Positions 25,201-40,000 of a DNA stretch of 64,000 nucleotides are shown one piece after another; positions within the stretch are counted from its first letter, which is position 1, and each line of letters begins with the position of its first letter. Source of the DNA: Piromyces finnis finn (lineage: Eukaryota > Fungi > Neocallimastigomycota); contig MCFH01000070.1 in NCBI GenBank assembly GCA_002104945.1, positions 124,001 to 188,000 of the forward strand. Direction: 5' to 3'. A program made the translations under genes and the position numbers. The notes below the pieces were generated by a model. It was given only the letters and a program-made list of their open reading frames with translations, ran no database searches and was not told where the DNA came from.

Positions 25201-27490
25201 AATGAATAAAAATACTATATAAAATTTTGATTTTATTTTTTTTTTTTTTTGTTTAAAAAAAAAATTACTTTGTGGCTTTGGACCTTCCCCATTACTAGGC
25301 ATCTGGTTTGGATAATACTTTGGGTTATTATCTATCATTGTATTATTATAATTATTATTGGGATATTCAAGACTATAATGGTAATTAAATTTTTCCTTTT
25401 TTATAAAATCATTATTAAACTTTATTTTATTTCTTTCTAGGTCATTTTCTTTTTTAAATAATATGTTTTCTAATTCATTATTCTTTTTACTTTGGAATTG
25501 AATTTCTTCAAAGTTATTCTTAATTTGATATAGAACACAAAATTTGTTAGAAAAAAAAAAAGTTACTTTATAAAAATAAAATTTAAGCAACACGTTTATG
25601 TACAATACCTTGTTATTTTCTTCGATAACTTTTTTAAGGGCTCCGATTTCATTATTAAGACTACTAATCTAATAAATATATAAATAAAAGACCAATAGGT
25701 TTATTAATTTTAAAATAAAAATAACACTATAGTATTAAATAATATTTTTTACTAAAATTTTAATTATTCATATTCTTTCATAAAATTAATGACTAATACA
25801 TAAAAAAAATGTGAGGTGTGAATTCTTAGTAATAAATAATGTAGTAGGCAATATAATTTAATAGAATTTGTGTTATGTTATCCTAGTACATATTGTAGTT
25901 GTGATACATTAACGTATTGTTACTTGTAATTTTTTTTTAAAAATTTTATCTATTGATTGATTTTTAAAAAATTAAAGATGTTACAACTTTAATATATAGA
26001 GTGTATGTATAGATCATATATTAAAACATAATAATTTATAATTCTGATATATGGATTATTTTCAAAAAAAAATTAAAAAAATTAATTATTTTTTAAAAAT
26101 TAATGATTGGCCCAATAATTAACTTTTTTTTTTCTTTTGTATAAACTTTAATAAATTAGAATTGGTAAGCAATTTATTTGAAATAGACTGTAATATATAT
26201 ATTCTATATATTATTTAAAATAAATTTTAAAATTTTATTTTTTTAATTTAAATGATTACCTTTTAAAATACCAAATTTTATAATTTAAAATTTATTACTA
26301 TCACCATATATATAAAAAATATTTAAAATTTTAAAATATTAGGTAAATTTTGTGGTGTCTTTAATTTTAATTGTTGGTTAATTTGTAAAAAGAAATTTCT
26401 TAATATGATTAGGGTACTAGAGGTGATAATTTGAAATTTTTAATTGTTTTTTGGATAAACTATAGGTTGGTGAATTGGTGTGGATGGTTGATTTTTTTAT
26501 CTATATGGAAATGAATATGAATAATTACAAATTTTATAGAATAACTATTTTTTTTACTTACAGATGCCTTCTTTTCATTAATAATTTCGTTTAAACTACC
26601 ATTTGAATTTGATAATTTAATACGTTCTTCATCGCATCGTCTTAAATTTTCTTCCACTTGTTGATAATTATTGTTTATTCTTTGTAAATCTTCTTTTAAG
26701 CACTTATTTAATTCTTTTAAATTTAACACTTCCTGATGTATGTCATAATACTTTTCTAAAATAATATACTTGTCATCCTTCTCCATACTTTTATAAATAT
26801 CAGAATCCATAACCTAGATTTTATTTTAAGAATTTATTTAGTTTTTGATTAATACGAGGATTCTTTTTATATAACTATTGTTTTTACACCATACCTTTAA
26901 TTTTTTATTTTCATCTTTGGATTCTTGTTCCGCTTTGGTATTTAGAAGAAGAAGGAAAAAAAAAATACAATCCATATAAGAATTTAATTGCTATCCTGAT
27001 AATTCCAAATATTTAAATATATTATTTTTTTTTTCTTGTACTCACTCTTAGTTGAAATTTCTCTTTTGCTTAAACATAAATATAAATCCCAACCCTGACT
27101 AGGAGAAAAAGACTTTATCTAAATAGCATAAATACAAAGATAAAGAAAAATTATAATAATGAGAATTTGTTTTTCTGACTTTTTTATTAAAAGACCTTGA
27201 TAATATATATTAATTTCATTATACAATAATTTGGTTTATACTATAAATTCAAAATTATAATCAATTTTTTTTTAATGTATTCACGGATACATAGAATAGA
27301 GTATATTACTCTCATAAAATAAAGAATAAGGAATAAAAATATTAAAATATATATATATATATTAAATATTTACTTTTTCTTCAATTAATTTAAATATTTT
27401 ACTAAAATCAGTTTTGGTATCCAAGCTAAAATGCTGGTTAGTATCATTTAAGGATTCTACGTGCTCATTATCTGTTGTTTTTTTACACAT
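22246..27490 (-). CDS. Myb/SANT-domain putative transcription factor with N-terminal coiled-coil exons
   Basis: One Myb repeat, WRTNEDDLLRSLVKKMGPKQWDKIAEEIPGRTYHQCRQRWVNTL, in the 965-aa exon. Upstream exons (~25270-25510, ~25610-25670, ~26560-26815) splice in frame. The probable ATG is at 27490; the small exons at 26900-27310 are not fully resolved. Confidence 0.7.
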
Positions 27491-29897
27491 TTTTCAAAAT
27501 ACAAGTTCCTTTTTATTATAAGCAATTTATTTATGTGAAAGTTATAGTAAATATAAAAATTGAAAAAAATCAGTTATGTTAGCATTAATATTCAATGAAT
27601 ATAAATTAAAATCTCATGAATAATATGTATGATATTAAGTTGTTGTTATTGTTGTTTTTTTTATAGATTTTGGATAAAATTACAATTCAAAAAATAAGAT
27701 AAATATTGCTGCATATATATCACTCGGTAAAACTATATTATCTAAAATGTATATTCAAATTTTAAAATACAATAATAAATAAATTTTTAATTTAAATTTT
27801 CTTATTATTTCAATTAATAATACTTTTTAATTATAATAATATTATATATATATATATATTTTTTTATTAATAACATTCATTATTCTTACTTTTTATTTTA
27901 ATATTTGGTATTATTATATATAACTTTAAATCTTAAATTTAACTTTCTTCTTTTATTTCTATTTAAATAATATATAATAATATATATTGCTTATTTAAAC
28001 AAAACTTTAATATAAAAAGAAAAAAGATAAAAAAAATAAAAGTTATATTATATATATAAAATATTATAGTTTTAAGATTTCAATAAGAAGTCCACTCTTC
28101 AATTAATAATAATGATAGAAAAATCCTTTTTTAAAGATAGATAATTTCAATTCCTATCAAAAAAAAAAAAAAGTTTCTTTATTATTATTATAATTTTAAA
28201 ATTCCTTTTTTTTTAAAAAAAAAAGTCTTTTTTTATTATTATCTATATGAAATGTAAATTATTTTGTGAAAAAAAAATAAAAAAATTTTTTTGACTTTTT
28301 TTTTAAAACAAAAAAAATTTTTAAAAATTATAATATATTTAAAATATATATTAATATATTTAAATAAAAATGAAATAATATATCAACAATTTAAAAAAAA
28401 TTGAATTGAAAAAAAAATTTAAAATAAATTTAAAAAAAAAGAATCTATTTAAAGCGTATTAAATATAAAAAATAATAATAAAAAGGAATTTTTGGTAAAA
28501 AAAAAAAAAGAGGTTTTTTCTTTCTTTCTACCATAATTTATATTTTTGTAGTAATAATAAAAAAAACTATTATATAATAAATAAGAGTATTCGTAGTTTA
28601 AATTGATAATATGATGTTCCTTTAAAAAAATAGTTCATTATTTTTAAAATTTTATAAATTTTTTAATTCAACTTTTTTAAAGTTTTTTTTTCTAATATAA
28701 TTTAATATAATTTAATATATGATTTTAAATTAAAATTTTAAAAGTAAAATGTTGGGAAAAAATTACCAACAAAGAATAAAAAGGTAAACTTTTTAAAAGT
28801 TTTGTAACTTGGTATAACTAGCCTTATGAATTATACAAATTTGAAATAAAACAATAAGATGAAAGGATGAAATATTATTACATCAATACTAATATTATTT
28901 GGTATAAAAAGAGGTGTTAGAAAAAAAAATGAATTACACCAAAATTAACAAATAAAAGTTTAAACCATTTAATAAAAGATAATGGGTATATTTGACTATA
29001 TATAGCATAGCTTAATTTTGAAATCGTCAACAGTATCTATTCTTTACATTACTCTAGAGTGTACCTTGATACATCAACAATATCATTTACCATGAATATT
29101 AAACACTATGTGCTATCAAGTCACTAGCTGTTGCTTTATGATATAATTTTAAAATTTAAATACATGATAACAAAAACTTTAAAAAAATTTTTTTTTAAAA
29201 CTTTAAAAATATTATTTTAAAAGGGAGATAATTGAAGCTGCTGTACCAACATAAAAATAATGGAAATCATTCAAAATAAAATATTGAGATACAACACCCT
29301 TCCAAAAGTTGGTTAGTGGTACTTTTTTTTTTTCTTTTTTGAAATAGTGTTATTATTTAAATAAAAAAAAAAAAAAAGGTATTTTATTATTTATTATCTA
29401 TAATGTATTACAATGTATTACATTAACCATACTTATGTACAATGTTTTTTTAAAAGTTTAAAATTTATAAAATTGAAATTTTAAAAAATAGTTTTTTATT
29501 AATTTATTTTAATTTATATTTGGATATACAGAAAGAATAAAAATTTTAATTTAAATAATATATTAAATATTCTTTTAAAAAGGATTGGCTTTTTTTTTTT
29601 TTTTTCCTATTCATCACTATCAACATTTTTTTTTACCTACAATAAATTTTTATCAAATAATAAATTTGGGAATAAATAAATAATAATTATAATAAAAAAT
29701 TATAAAATAAATATAAAATAAAAACAAAACAAAAAATGTATAATTTTTAAAATAATTATAAACTTTTAACCAATAAAATATTTCCAATTTTATCCAATCA
29801 TTTTCATAAATCTTTTTTTTAAAATTATTAATTCATAGAATTTATATAGCCAAATTTAAATAATAATGATGGAATAATGGAATATTTTATGACAATC

Positions 29898-29929
29898 TTA
29901 TTTATTTATTTATTTACTTATGTATGTAT

Positions 29930-30000
<71 letters not shown>

Positions 30001-30108
30001 TTATTTATTGATTTATTTATTGATTTATTTATTGATTTATTTATTGATTTATTTATTGATTTATTTATTGATTTATTTATCTATTTATTTATTTATTTAT
30101 TTATTGAT

Positions 30109-30147
<39 letters not shown>

Positions 30148-30160
30148 TTGATTTATTTAG
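29898..30160. repeat. (ATTT)n microsatellite with interspersed ATTG units, ~260 bp
   Basis: Direct reading of the sequence; it produces the spurious YLFI ORFs at 29920 and 29924. Confidence 0.95.
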
Positions 30161-32418
30161 TTAGCTATTAATTCAACGATACAACTATGAATTAATACAT
30201 TAAATATTATAGATCAACTATTAAAACAATTGTACATTAATTGTACATTAATAGTATGTTTTATTTAAAAAATTTGAATAATAAATTTTCCTTTTAACAC
30301 ATAATTATATAAATATATTATATATATTTATTTTATTAATAAACAAGATAAACAAGTTACACTTATTTTCATTTATTTATATAATAAGATATTTTACAAA
30401 ATTAAAATCACTTTCTTAAAAATATAACCCTCATTTATTTCTACAATAAAAAAAAAAGTATTATTTCGATATTTCCTCTTTTAATTTTTTATTTATATAT
30501 ATATGTAGGCATTACTTGCAATTCAATAAACCTCACTTTTTAACAAATATAAATACCAATAATGTTAAAGTCTTATTCACATACAATATTATCTCATTAT
30601 CTTTCCTTAGAAAATAACTTATTTTTAAATATCAATGTCCAATGCATTAAATTTAACTGCTCTCTACCTACTATTATTCTAATGGGGTTCTTATAATAAC
30701 AAAAAAAAAAATTCTTCACTCTTATTAATTTTTATTATATGTTCATTTTAAATTGTATCAGGATAAAAATACTTTTAATTCTTTCAGTTCCATTAATATT
30801 CCTTAAAAATATTTCTAAAAACTTGTTCAATTCTATGGACGCAAATAATATCATTGGCAATATCAAATATACGATTTATCTAAAATATAATATATTTCTT
30901 TCTGTTTTTAAATAATAATCAAGAAAAGAAGAATTTAACATTTATTTAATATTTTTTGTTATAATGTTTTATTTAAGTTTGTTTTTGTTTTATATTTATA
31001 TATATATAATTTCTGGAATATCCTTTTAATTGTAGATTAAGAAAAAAAGAAATAAATTTGAAAAAGAATAATTGAATTTTATTTTCTTTCCATATATTCC
31101 TTTTTCTGTAGTGTTAAACTTTAATTAATAATAAAAAATTCATTATTCAAATAATGAAAAATAATTAATAAAAAACTTATTATTAAAAAAAAATTAGGAT
31201 TAAAAATTTTCATAATAAATAAATAAATAAATAAAAACAATAAAAAAATTAAAATAAAAAAAATTAATATAAATTTAGAAGGAATCATCAACAACATCAA
31301 CAAAAAAAAAAAAAAGGTAAATGAATAAGAGTAAAGGAAAAAGAAAGTCTTTATTACTTACAAATTTTATAAATATATATATATTATTTTATTTAATATA
31401 CACTATATACTTATTATAAATATCATTTTTAAAAAATGTATCATACTTTTTTATTTTAAAAACGTTTCATTGAAATAAAATTATAAATAATTAATTTTAT
31501 TACTAACATTATTACTAATACACCATTATTTTATACATTTTAATATTGTTAATGCTATCATATAAAGTTGTTCCAATTTATTTCTTCTAAACCTATATTA
31601 TTAATAGAAAATTTTCAAATATACCATTTCCATTTTAGAATATTACCAAATCAACATTCTATCTTTTTTTATTTTCTGTCACCAATTATTTTTGTTTAAA
31701 AAAAAAAAAGTAAAATAACACCATGGTAATTATTCAAGTTTATGTTTTAAAAACTAGAATGAAATAACATTATATATTTAAGGAAGAATTAAAAATTGAA
31801 TGTAATATCAATAGAAATTCAAGTTTTAAATGTATTAAATGAAATTTCACCAATTCAAAACACAAAAATGCCCAATAAATATTATAAATATTGAAAAAAA
31901 AAATGTTTAGAAATATAAAGTATGATATATATATATATAATTAAATAAATAGGAAAACAAGTATACTTGGACTTTTAACACCCCAATAATATTGGATAAT
32001 ATTACTTTTGCAAATAAAAAATTAAAAATATGATATTATAAAATTTCAAATGTCATTTTGAATATGGAAATTATAGATATTCATTCAATAATAAACAACA
32101 ACAATTTTAATTCAGTTTTCTATATATGATATGAATAATTACCCTTGAGTATTTTTAATTTAAATGAAATTTATGAAATTTTATTTCATTTCATTGTTTA
32201 ATATGTCAATCCTACACTACATTTATTTATTTATTATTAATTGGAAATGAAATAAATAAATAAAAATAAATGAATAAATAAAAAGCAAATAAAGAGGAAT
32301 TTTTGTATCAATAACAATAACTCATTATATTTAAACCTTTATATATATATATTATTACTATTATTATTATTATAATTTTATAATAAATATAAATCCTGTG
32401 GTCGATGGAATTTTACAG

Positions 32419-33758
32419 ATTAATTTTATGCTTTTAGTTTCAAGGTAAAAAAAAATAAATAAATAAACCCTTATTCCATAAAAGTTTTATAATGTATGCA
32501 ACTAAACGTTTTATTATTTTTACCATATATATAATATATATGGTTAATATATAATGTTTGCTTATAATAAAAATCACTTGTTTATAAAAGACAAGGAAAA
32601 GTTAGACTTACCAAATGGTAAATAAATATTAATGTTGATACAAAATAGTATATTTTATAAGGGTATATTAATAAATAATATTATATGTTATTCGTTATTT
32701 ATACTATTCATAATAGGTTTAATTCAAATTGGACCACAAAGGAAAGATCAAAGATTGTCAAGGAAGTTAGTTCTTTAGTTCTTTCAAGACGTACTAAAAT
32801 GTGCAATGTAAATAATATTTATTATTTTTTCTTTTCAAAAATCAATACATTGTTTTCATCACTTTCATACACATGTCTAATTATTATAAATAATTTAAAA
32901 AAAAAAATAGGTTATTGAATACAAAGGTATTATTAATAATTTTAATAAATAAATGATTTTACTTTTCACAAAATTATTAAATTTCCAAATAATTATAATA
33001 AATATAATAAAAAAAAACTATTGAAATACGTTAACTTAGAATTAAAGATTGTTTACAGAAGGTAATCATTAATATTTATAAAATATACAATATTTTCTTT
33101 TTATTTAAAAAAAAAAAAAATCTTTTCAAATAATAATAAATTTTTCTATATATACATATATATAGATATGCTAGTTTATTCTTTATTGCTGGTATTGATG
33201 CTAATGATAATGAATTACTTTGCTTAGAAATTATTCATAGATATGTCGAAGTATTAGATAGATACTTTGTAAGTAATAAGGATAACAAAAAATTTTTAGC
33301 AATTGTAATAATAACAATAATAATTATATATATTTATATAGGGAAATGTTTGTGAATTAGATCTTATCTTCAACTTTAACAAAGTAATATTTAAAATAGT
33401 ATTAATAATTACACTTCAGTATCATTTATATTTATAGCAATTAATTATTTATGTTTTCTCTTTATTTTTTTTTTTTTATGTAAAGGCGTATTATATATTA
33501 GATGAATTATTAATAGCGGGTGAATTACAGGTACGTGTAAAAAAAAAAAAAGATGGAAAAATGATTTTATTACTATTAATAATACTAATTTGTTTCGCTT
33601 TCTTTCCTTTTTTAAATATATATATGTATGTATGTGATACCAAATTGAACCAATAATAATAATAACAATAATAATAGGAACCAAGTAAAAAAGCAGTCTT
33701 AAGAGTAATTGCACAACAAGATTCTCTAGCTGAAGGAGAAGAATATAGTGTACAGTAA
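32419..33758 (+). CDS. APS1: AP-1 adaptor complex sigma subunit, multi-exon (start-codon exon not located)
   Basis: [19 protein letters not shown]...KIVYRRYASLFF...[55 protein letters not shown], closely matching the fungal sigma-1 type. Confidence 0.92.
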
Positions 33759-34603
33759 TAAAGGAAATGTCAATTATTATTTTTTTTTTTTTTCTTATTT
33801 TTCTAGTCATTAATAAATTGCTATGAAATTCGTGGATAAATTACCATATTAAATCATTTTTTATTATACTATTAATAATAATAATAACAACAAAAATGAT
33901 AAAATGAAAAGAATTTTTTTTAAAAAAAAAAAAAAAATAAAGGAAAAAAGAAAAGAAAAACTATTATAATTGGTTTATTATAAATACAAAAAAAAAAAAA
34001 AAAAAAACTGTAATCCTAGTAAAATTATGTATAGTGATTATAAAATATTATATAATAATAATAAATAATAATAAATATATATTATAAATCCATGTAATAA
34101 TATAATAATAAATAAATAAAATATCATTATGTAAAAAAAAAAAAAAAAAAAAAAAGGCATATTTAAAATGTTTAATGATTGTAAACATTTGAAATTCTAA
34201 TATATAAATAAATAAAAAAGAGAGATTGTTAATAAAGTTTTATATGAGTTATAAAATACTCATTAAAAAGCATATGCCTATACACTATATATAGAGTTGT
34301 ATTTGTTTAATATTAGAAAATGAATTGGCCTGGGGAATAATAATGAATTATGGCCAGCCGGCCGGTGTCAAAAAGGATAATTTTTAATAGAAAAAAAAAA
34401 TGAATATTTTTTATAGGAAAATAGAAGAAGGTGAAAGATCAAAAATAACATATACATTACATTAAATAATGTACATTAAATACATTTTTTAATTATTACA
34501 AAATAACCTTTTACCCTACAATTTATATATGATACACATTTTGATTATTTATTTAAAATATTCTTTTTTTTTTTTTTTTAATATAATTTATAGTATTAAA
34601 AAA

Positions 34604-34634
<31 letters not shown>

Positions 34635-35079
34635 TAAAAAAATATATATACACACACACCTACACAAATAAACCTATAAAAAAAAAAAAAAAAAAATTGA
34701 AATCCTAGATATATTCATTTATTGAATTGTTCAAAAGGGAAAAAAAATACATATAATATATATATCAAATTTTTTATAATATATTCCTTTATTAATTTAT
34801 AATAATACATCTGGCCTATCCCACTTTTGGAAGCTATTAATAAATATATATATATTTTTACAAGAAAAAGATTTTTAAATTTATTTGTTAAGAAAAAACA
34901 AGAAATAACAAATATATCAACAATAAAGAAATAAATAAAAAAAAAAAAAAAGTAGTTTTTAATAAAAATTTTTAAAATACACTATAGATATTCAATATCG
35001 TTAAAATAAATAATATAAACTTCTTTAGTAAATAATCATTAGAATTTCACGAAATAACAAAAAAAAAAAAAAATAAAAA

Positions 35080-35400
35080 ATGGAAGGATCTAAATTTGAA
35101 AAACTTAATATTCAAGCTATCGTTGAAAATAATCAAAAAGCTCAAACCATTCGTATTGTTATGTCTATATTTGGTGGTTTAGCTGCTGGTGTTCTAGGTA
35201 TTACTGGTTTCAATGGATTTTACTTCTACATTGGATTAAATGTAATCATTTTAATCGCTTTATTAATGAAATCTAAATTCCAAATAACTAAATACTTCAA
35301 TGGAAAAATGGACATATTATGTGGTGATCTTTTTTCAAATCTATTATGTTATATTATGTTTTGGTGTTTAGGTTACGCTTTAATCAATGTTTATGAATAG
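35080..35400 (+). CDS. EMC6: ER membrane protein complex subunit 6
   Basis: 106 aa with three hydrophobic segments; NN...IRIVMSIFGGLAAGVLGITGFNGFYFY and LFSNLLCYIMFWCLGYALINVY match EMC6. Confidence 0.9.
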   Translation: MEGSKFEKLNIQAIVENNQKAQTIRIVMSIFGGLAAGVLGITGFNGFYFYIGLNVIILIALLMKSKFQITKYFNGKMDILCGDLFSNLLCYIMFWCLGYALINVYE

Positions 35401-37098
35401 ACAATTTTATCTCAACCCTGATGAACAATGATAACAAAAGAGAGAAATAGTAAAATAAATAAAAAAAAAAAAAGAAAAAAAACAACAATTTAAATGATAA
35501 TAAATTTAAAAAAGTTTTTTTATTTTTTTTTTTTTTATTATTATTAATTTATAATAAAAGTAATGACATTTTATATATAAAATATATATAAATAATACAT
35601 TAATTATATCAAAGTATCCATTTTACTATTTATAATAGTCATATTAAATACAATAAATAATTATAAACATTCATGAGGATACTCAAATAGAAAGAATAGA
35701 TAGCCATCATAATATAAATAAATTCACAATTATCATAATATTTTACAAAATAAATATATAAATAAATAAGCAAATAAATAAAAATAATAATAATAAAATA
35801 AACAATAAAAAAAAAAAATAATAATAATAAAAAAAAAGGAAAAGAAAATAGCAGCTTATATTTGCACAATTTTTTTTATTATAATAAATATTATTTATAT
35901 TTCGTATTTAAAGATGTATCATGAATTCTAATAAACAATCCTTGTTCTATTAGTATTTTATATCCCTTTTATATAAATAGTACCATATATTACAAAAGAA
36001 TAATTAAATATTATAATTAATCTATTATATATAATGTTTAGGATGAATAATGTTTATTGCTATATATAATGCTTAAAAAAAAGAGTTGATTTTTAATATT
36101 GGTTTATAAAATAGATTAATATTAAAAATATATATATATATATTTTATAGGATAGATTTTTTATTATTATTAAAAGTTAAATATCATACAAAAACAATAT
36201 TTTTTTTTTATAGATTGATTAAAAAAGAAGATAATGAAGAAAAAAAAAAAAAATCAAGTTTTTTAACTATGTAGTAAAAGGAAAAAAAGAATAAAAAAAT
36301 TTTTTTTTTTTTGTTCCTCATTGATATTAATATTGATGTGCCAGTACGCTCTAGAAATGAATAAAATGAGAAATAGGGTAACATACCTATTACTACTAAA
36401 ATAAAATAAAAAAAAAAAAAAGGAAAAGAGGAAAATATATTCATATAAATTTGTTTCATTAAAAAAAAAAAAATTGAAAGTTGAAAAAAAAAAAAGTCTT
36501 TTTTTTTATTTACTGTTATTTTATTATATAGTATTATTATTTTTATAGTTTTTTTTTTTTTAAATTTATTTTTATTTAAATGAAAAAAAATCCTTTTCAT
36601 CTATTTTAAAATAAAAAAAGAAAAATAAATAGAAAGAAAAAAACTATTTATTATTTTTAAAATGATATTAATGATGGCTATCGAATTAATTGTTTTATTA
36701 TTACTATGAACAATTTTTTTTTTTTTTAAAAAAATATAAAAAAAAAATATTAAAATTAATTTATATATCTTATGAAAGAAAAAATAGATATGAAAAAATA
36801 AGTAGGAAACGTTTCGTTATATAATCAATTTATATATATAATATATATATATTATAATAAAATAAAAAAAGGAAAAGGGAAAAGCGATTTTAATTTTGCT
36901 AATAAAAATAAAATAAAAAAATTTATATAAAATAATCGTAACAAAGAATACCCAAAATTCATTGACTTTTTTTTTTTTTTTTGTATATACCACAAATTAG
37001 TCTATTCTACGTAATGAAATAAATTAGAGGAAAAAATAAAAATATGAATTTTTTTTTTTTCTTTCATGATTGTATTCTACCTTTTTTTGAAATTACTT

Positions 37099-40000
37099 TT
37101 ATATGAGACGGTCATTACTACCAACTTTTTCATTAGATGAATTAATGGTGATAACAGTATCTTTTGATTTTTGTTTCATTTCTTGTTGTTTTTTGGCTTC
37201 CTTGGCTTTTTGTTTTTGTTCCTTCTTTTCCTGTTTCATTTGTTGTTTTTTACTTTTTCTTTCTGCCTTATGTTTAGCTTTGGCTAATTTTCTTTCTTCC
37301 TTTGTTGGTAAATTTAAAATGTCTGGAATGGCTTCATTGTTATCCTTAAAGAATTTATGAAGTCGCTTGACGAATTTCTTGTACATCTTTGGATGATAAG
37401 CCGCCATGACTTCTGGATGATCAGCAAAACAAACAAAGAAAGCAGATGCAGAAATTTCTACTACAATAGCAATCATAGAAAGCATAACATAGCCATAAAC
37501 AAAACCAAAAATACCTAATACTGTACTTAGGAAGAAGGATAATTTATACACAATAAAGGCTAAGAAGAAACCTACAAATCCAATAATAAAGGAACTGACA
37601 GATTTACCTGTTCTCATGACACCATCAATGATATCGTTATTGACCATCATTTGAATACCATTCTTTTTAACAATCTTTGATGTTTTAACAGACGCTTTAC
37701 AATAACTACTACCATAAACAGCAACAATAACAAAAGCATTGGAATTGTAGACTTGAAGAACGTATTCTAAACATGATACAGACGAGAGAATAATGGTCTT
37801 CAAAATTACACTATCTGTATTCTTACCCTTTCTGTAAAGATAGTTAAATACTCTTAAAGCTGCTGTAATAAGAGAACCAAAACAAATAGTACCAAAGGAT
37901 AAAAGTGCTCTTCCTGTAGAATAGATCGTTGGGAAATGAACAGAAGGATGATTATCACGGATGACATATTCAGGATTAGTACTAGTGAAATAGTACCAAT
38001 TAGCTGTTACACCAGAGATAGCTACAGCCATAACATTTTTACCAACTTCAAAGGTCCAGAAGAAACAAAGAATAAGTAAGAAACCAGTAACGGAATAAGA
38101 AACAATGTAGCTAACGACTGATGGTTTATTAAAGGTAATAAAGGCAGAAAAGATTAATAGGAACCAAATACTACTAAGTATGAAAAGAATAAAGGCCAAT
38201 ACGAATGGACCCAATTGGCGGTAGAGAGAAGTCATTGTGGTACGTAATAAAGATGAAGCAAACCTAATTTTATGTCTAGTGAAAATGTACCAGAAAATCT
38301 TGATAACAAAATAGATACTGATGATAATACAACCAATGTAATTTTGAATAATCAAATTGACTAAAATCAAGATACTCATATTGATAAGTGAAAAAGCAAT
38401 GGAAATGTAAACAATTTTGGAAGTAATGATAATAATTAAAGCCATCCAAACTAAACCAATAGCAGCATTACTAATAATAATCCATACTAATACTTTTGTA
38501 AATGGAATAAGTTTCTGGTGTAAAGTATCAAGGGTATCTTCAAAAAGACTGGTTGCTAAATCAAGAGAACGTTTTTGTAAATCTTTACAAAAAGAAGTAG
38601 CTAAGCCAGATAAGAAACAACTTGATGGTAAAAAATCACCATTAAGAGCGCCAAAGAAAGATTTTTGAAGACAACGATCATTAATATAGAGGCCAAGATC
38701 AACACCAAGAGCATTTTTTGCACCTTCTTCAATAACCTTTAAAACATCATTAGAGGATAAAGTAATAAGTGCGACATTGCGAAGACAACCTGTTGATGCA
38801 CTGATTAAACGTTCGGAACGATCATCATCACTTCCATCCGTATTGTCTTCAGCAGTTAAAAATTGGTTTATACAGCCATTAAATATAGATGTAACAAGTG
38901 GAGTTGAAACTCCAGCCTTATCTAAACCATATTTAATACAACCATTAAGTGCTACTGATTTATTATCATCATCAGCAAGTATTGGTTTAATACATTGGGA
39001 TTCTAATTGGGTAATATCGTCAGTGTTAACATTAACACCAGCGGTTTGAAGAGCTTCATTGACACAAGCCTCAGGATCCTGTTCATCAGCACATAATTCC
39101 CATATTTTTCCAGTATCAACAGAGTTTGCATTATCTTCAACTTCAAGACCAGTACTTTTTATCAATTCGGTAATAGCATAGTCAACACATTTAGCATGAG
39201 AACTCTTTTCGTTATTAACCATTGGTGATATACAAGAATTAAGTAATTCATCTGTTTTATCACTAACATTTTCACTCTTACCAAAAAGATTGACAGCAAA
39301 ACGTATGCATTTGTCAGCAGCAGATTTGTCACCATCAATAATGTACTTTACACATTCATCGTAGAATCCAGTGATTGTGTTAATGGTTGTATCACTGACA
39401 TTAGCTCTTCTATACAATTCTGAGTTAAAATCTCTCTTTGCTTTATTATTTTCTCCTTTAACAACTTCGTTAACACCGAAAGAAAAACAACGACCTTCTG
39501 CAAATTCATCACCTGAAACTACAAATCCAAGACAATTATCATAAAAAGTATCGGATACCTTACTGGTGGTTGAAGGCATATCATCGGGTAATGCAATATC
39601 TGTAACAAAACGACAAAAAGTAGTTGGATCTGTCAGATTATCACGGTCTCTCCAACCAACATAACCGATACAAAGGGTGAGAGCAAAGAATAAAATTCCA
39701 AATATAAAATCACCACTAAATTTTCTCTTTGCATGGTGTAACACTGGTAAATTGTGAAATGGTTTTGTTCTATCTTTTTCTGATTTACTGTAAGCACTAA
39801 AAGTAGACTTGGTTTCATCCTGACTACTATAAGCTTGAATTTCTTCTTCATCATTAAGAGGAGTTGCATAACCATAATTTGATGGTTGTTGTTCAGTTCC
39901 ATTTAAATTGTAGTTATTATTTTGACTTGATTGTGATTGTAATTGAATATTTATATCCTCATTAACAGCATATTGATATTGTGGTTGGTAATTATTATTA

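Noticed and set aside
29920-30171. ORFs encoding YLFI/LFIY repeats
   Set aside because: Artefacts of the stop-free (ATTT)n microsatellite.
34326-34370. Small GC-rich island (TGGCCAGCCGGCCGGTGTC) between APS1 and EMC6
   Set aside because: Could be a regulatory site, but it is a single instance with no recognisable RNA structure or partner copy.
35639-36600. Hydrophobic ORFs at 35639-35869 and 36208-36600 (similar ones at 31121, 42861, 46324, 46585, 52180)
   Set aside because: F/I/L/K/Y-only composition produced by poly-A/T tracts, with no coding-like GC pattern or motifs.
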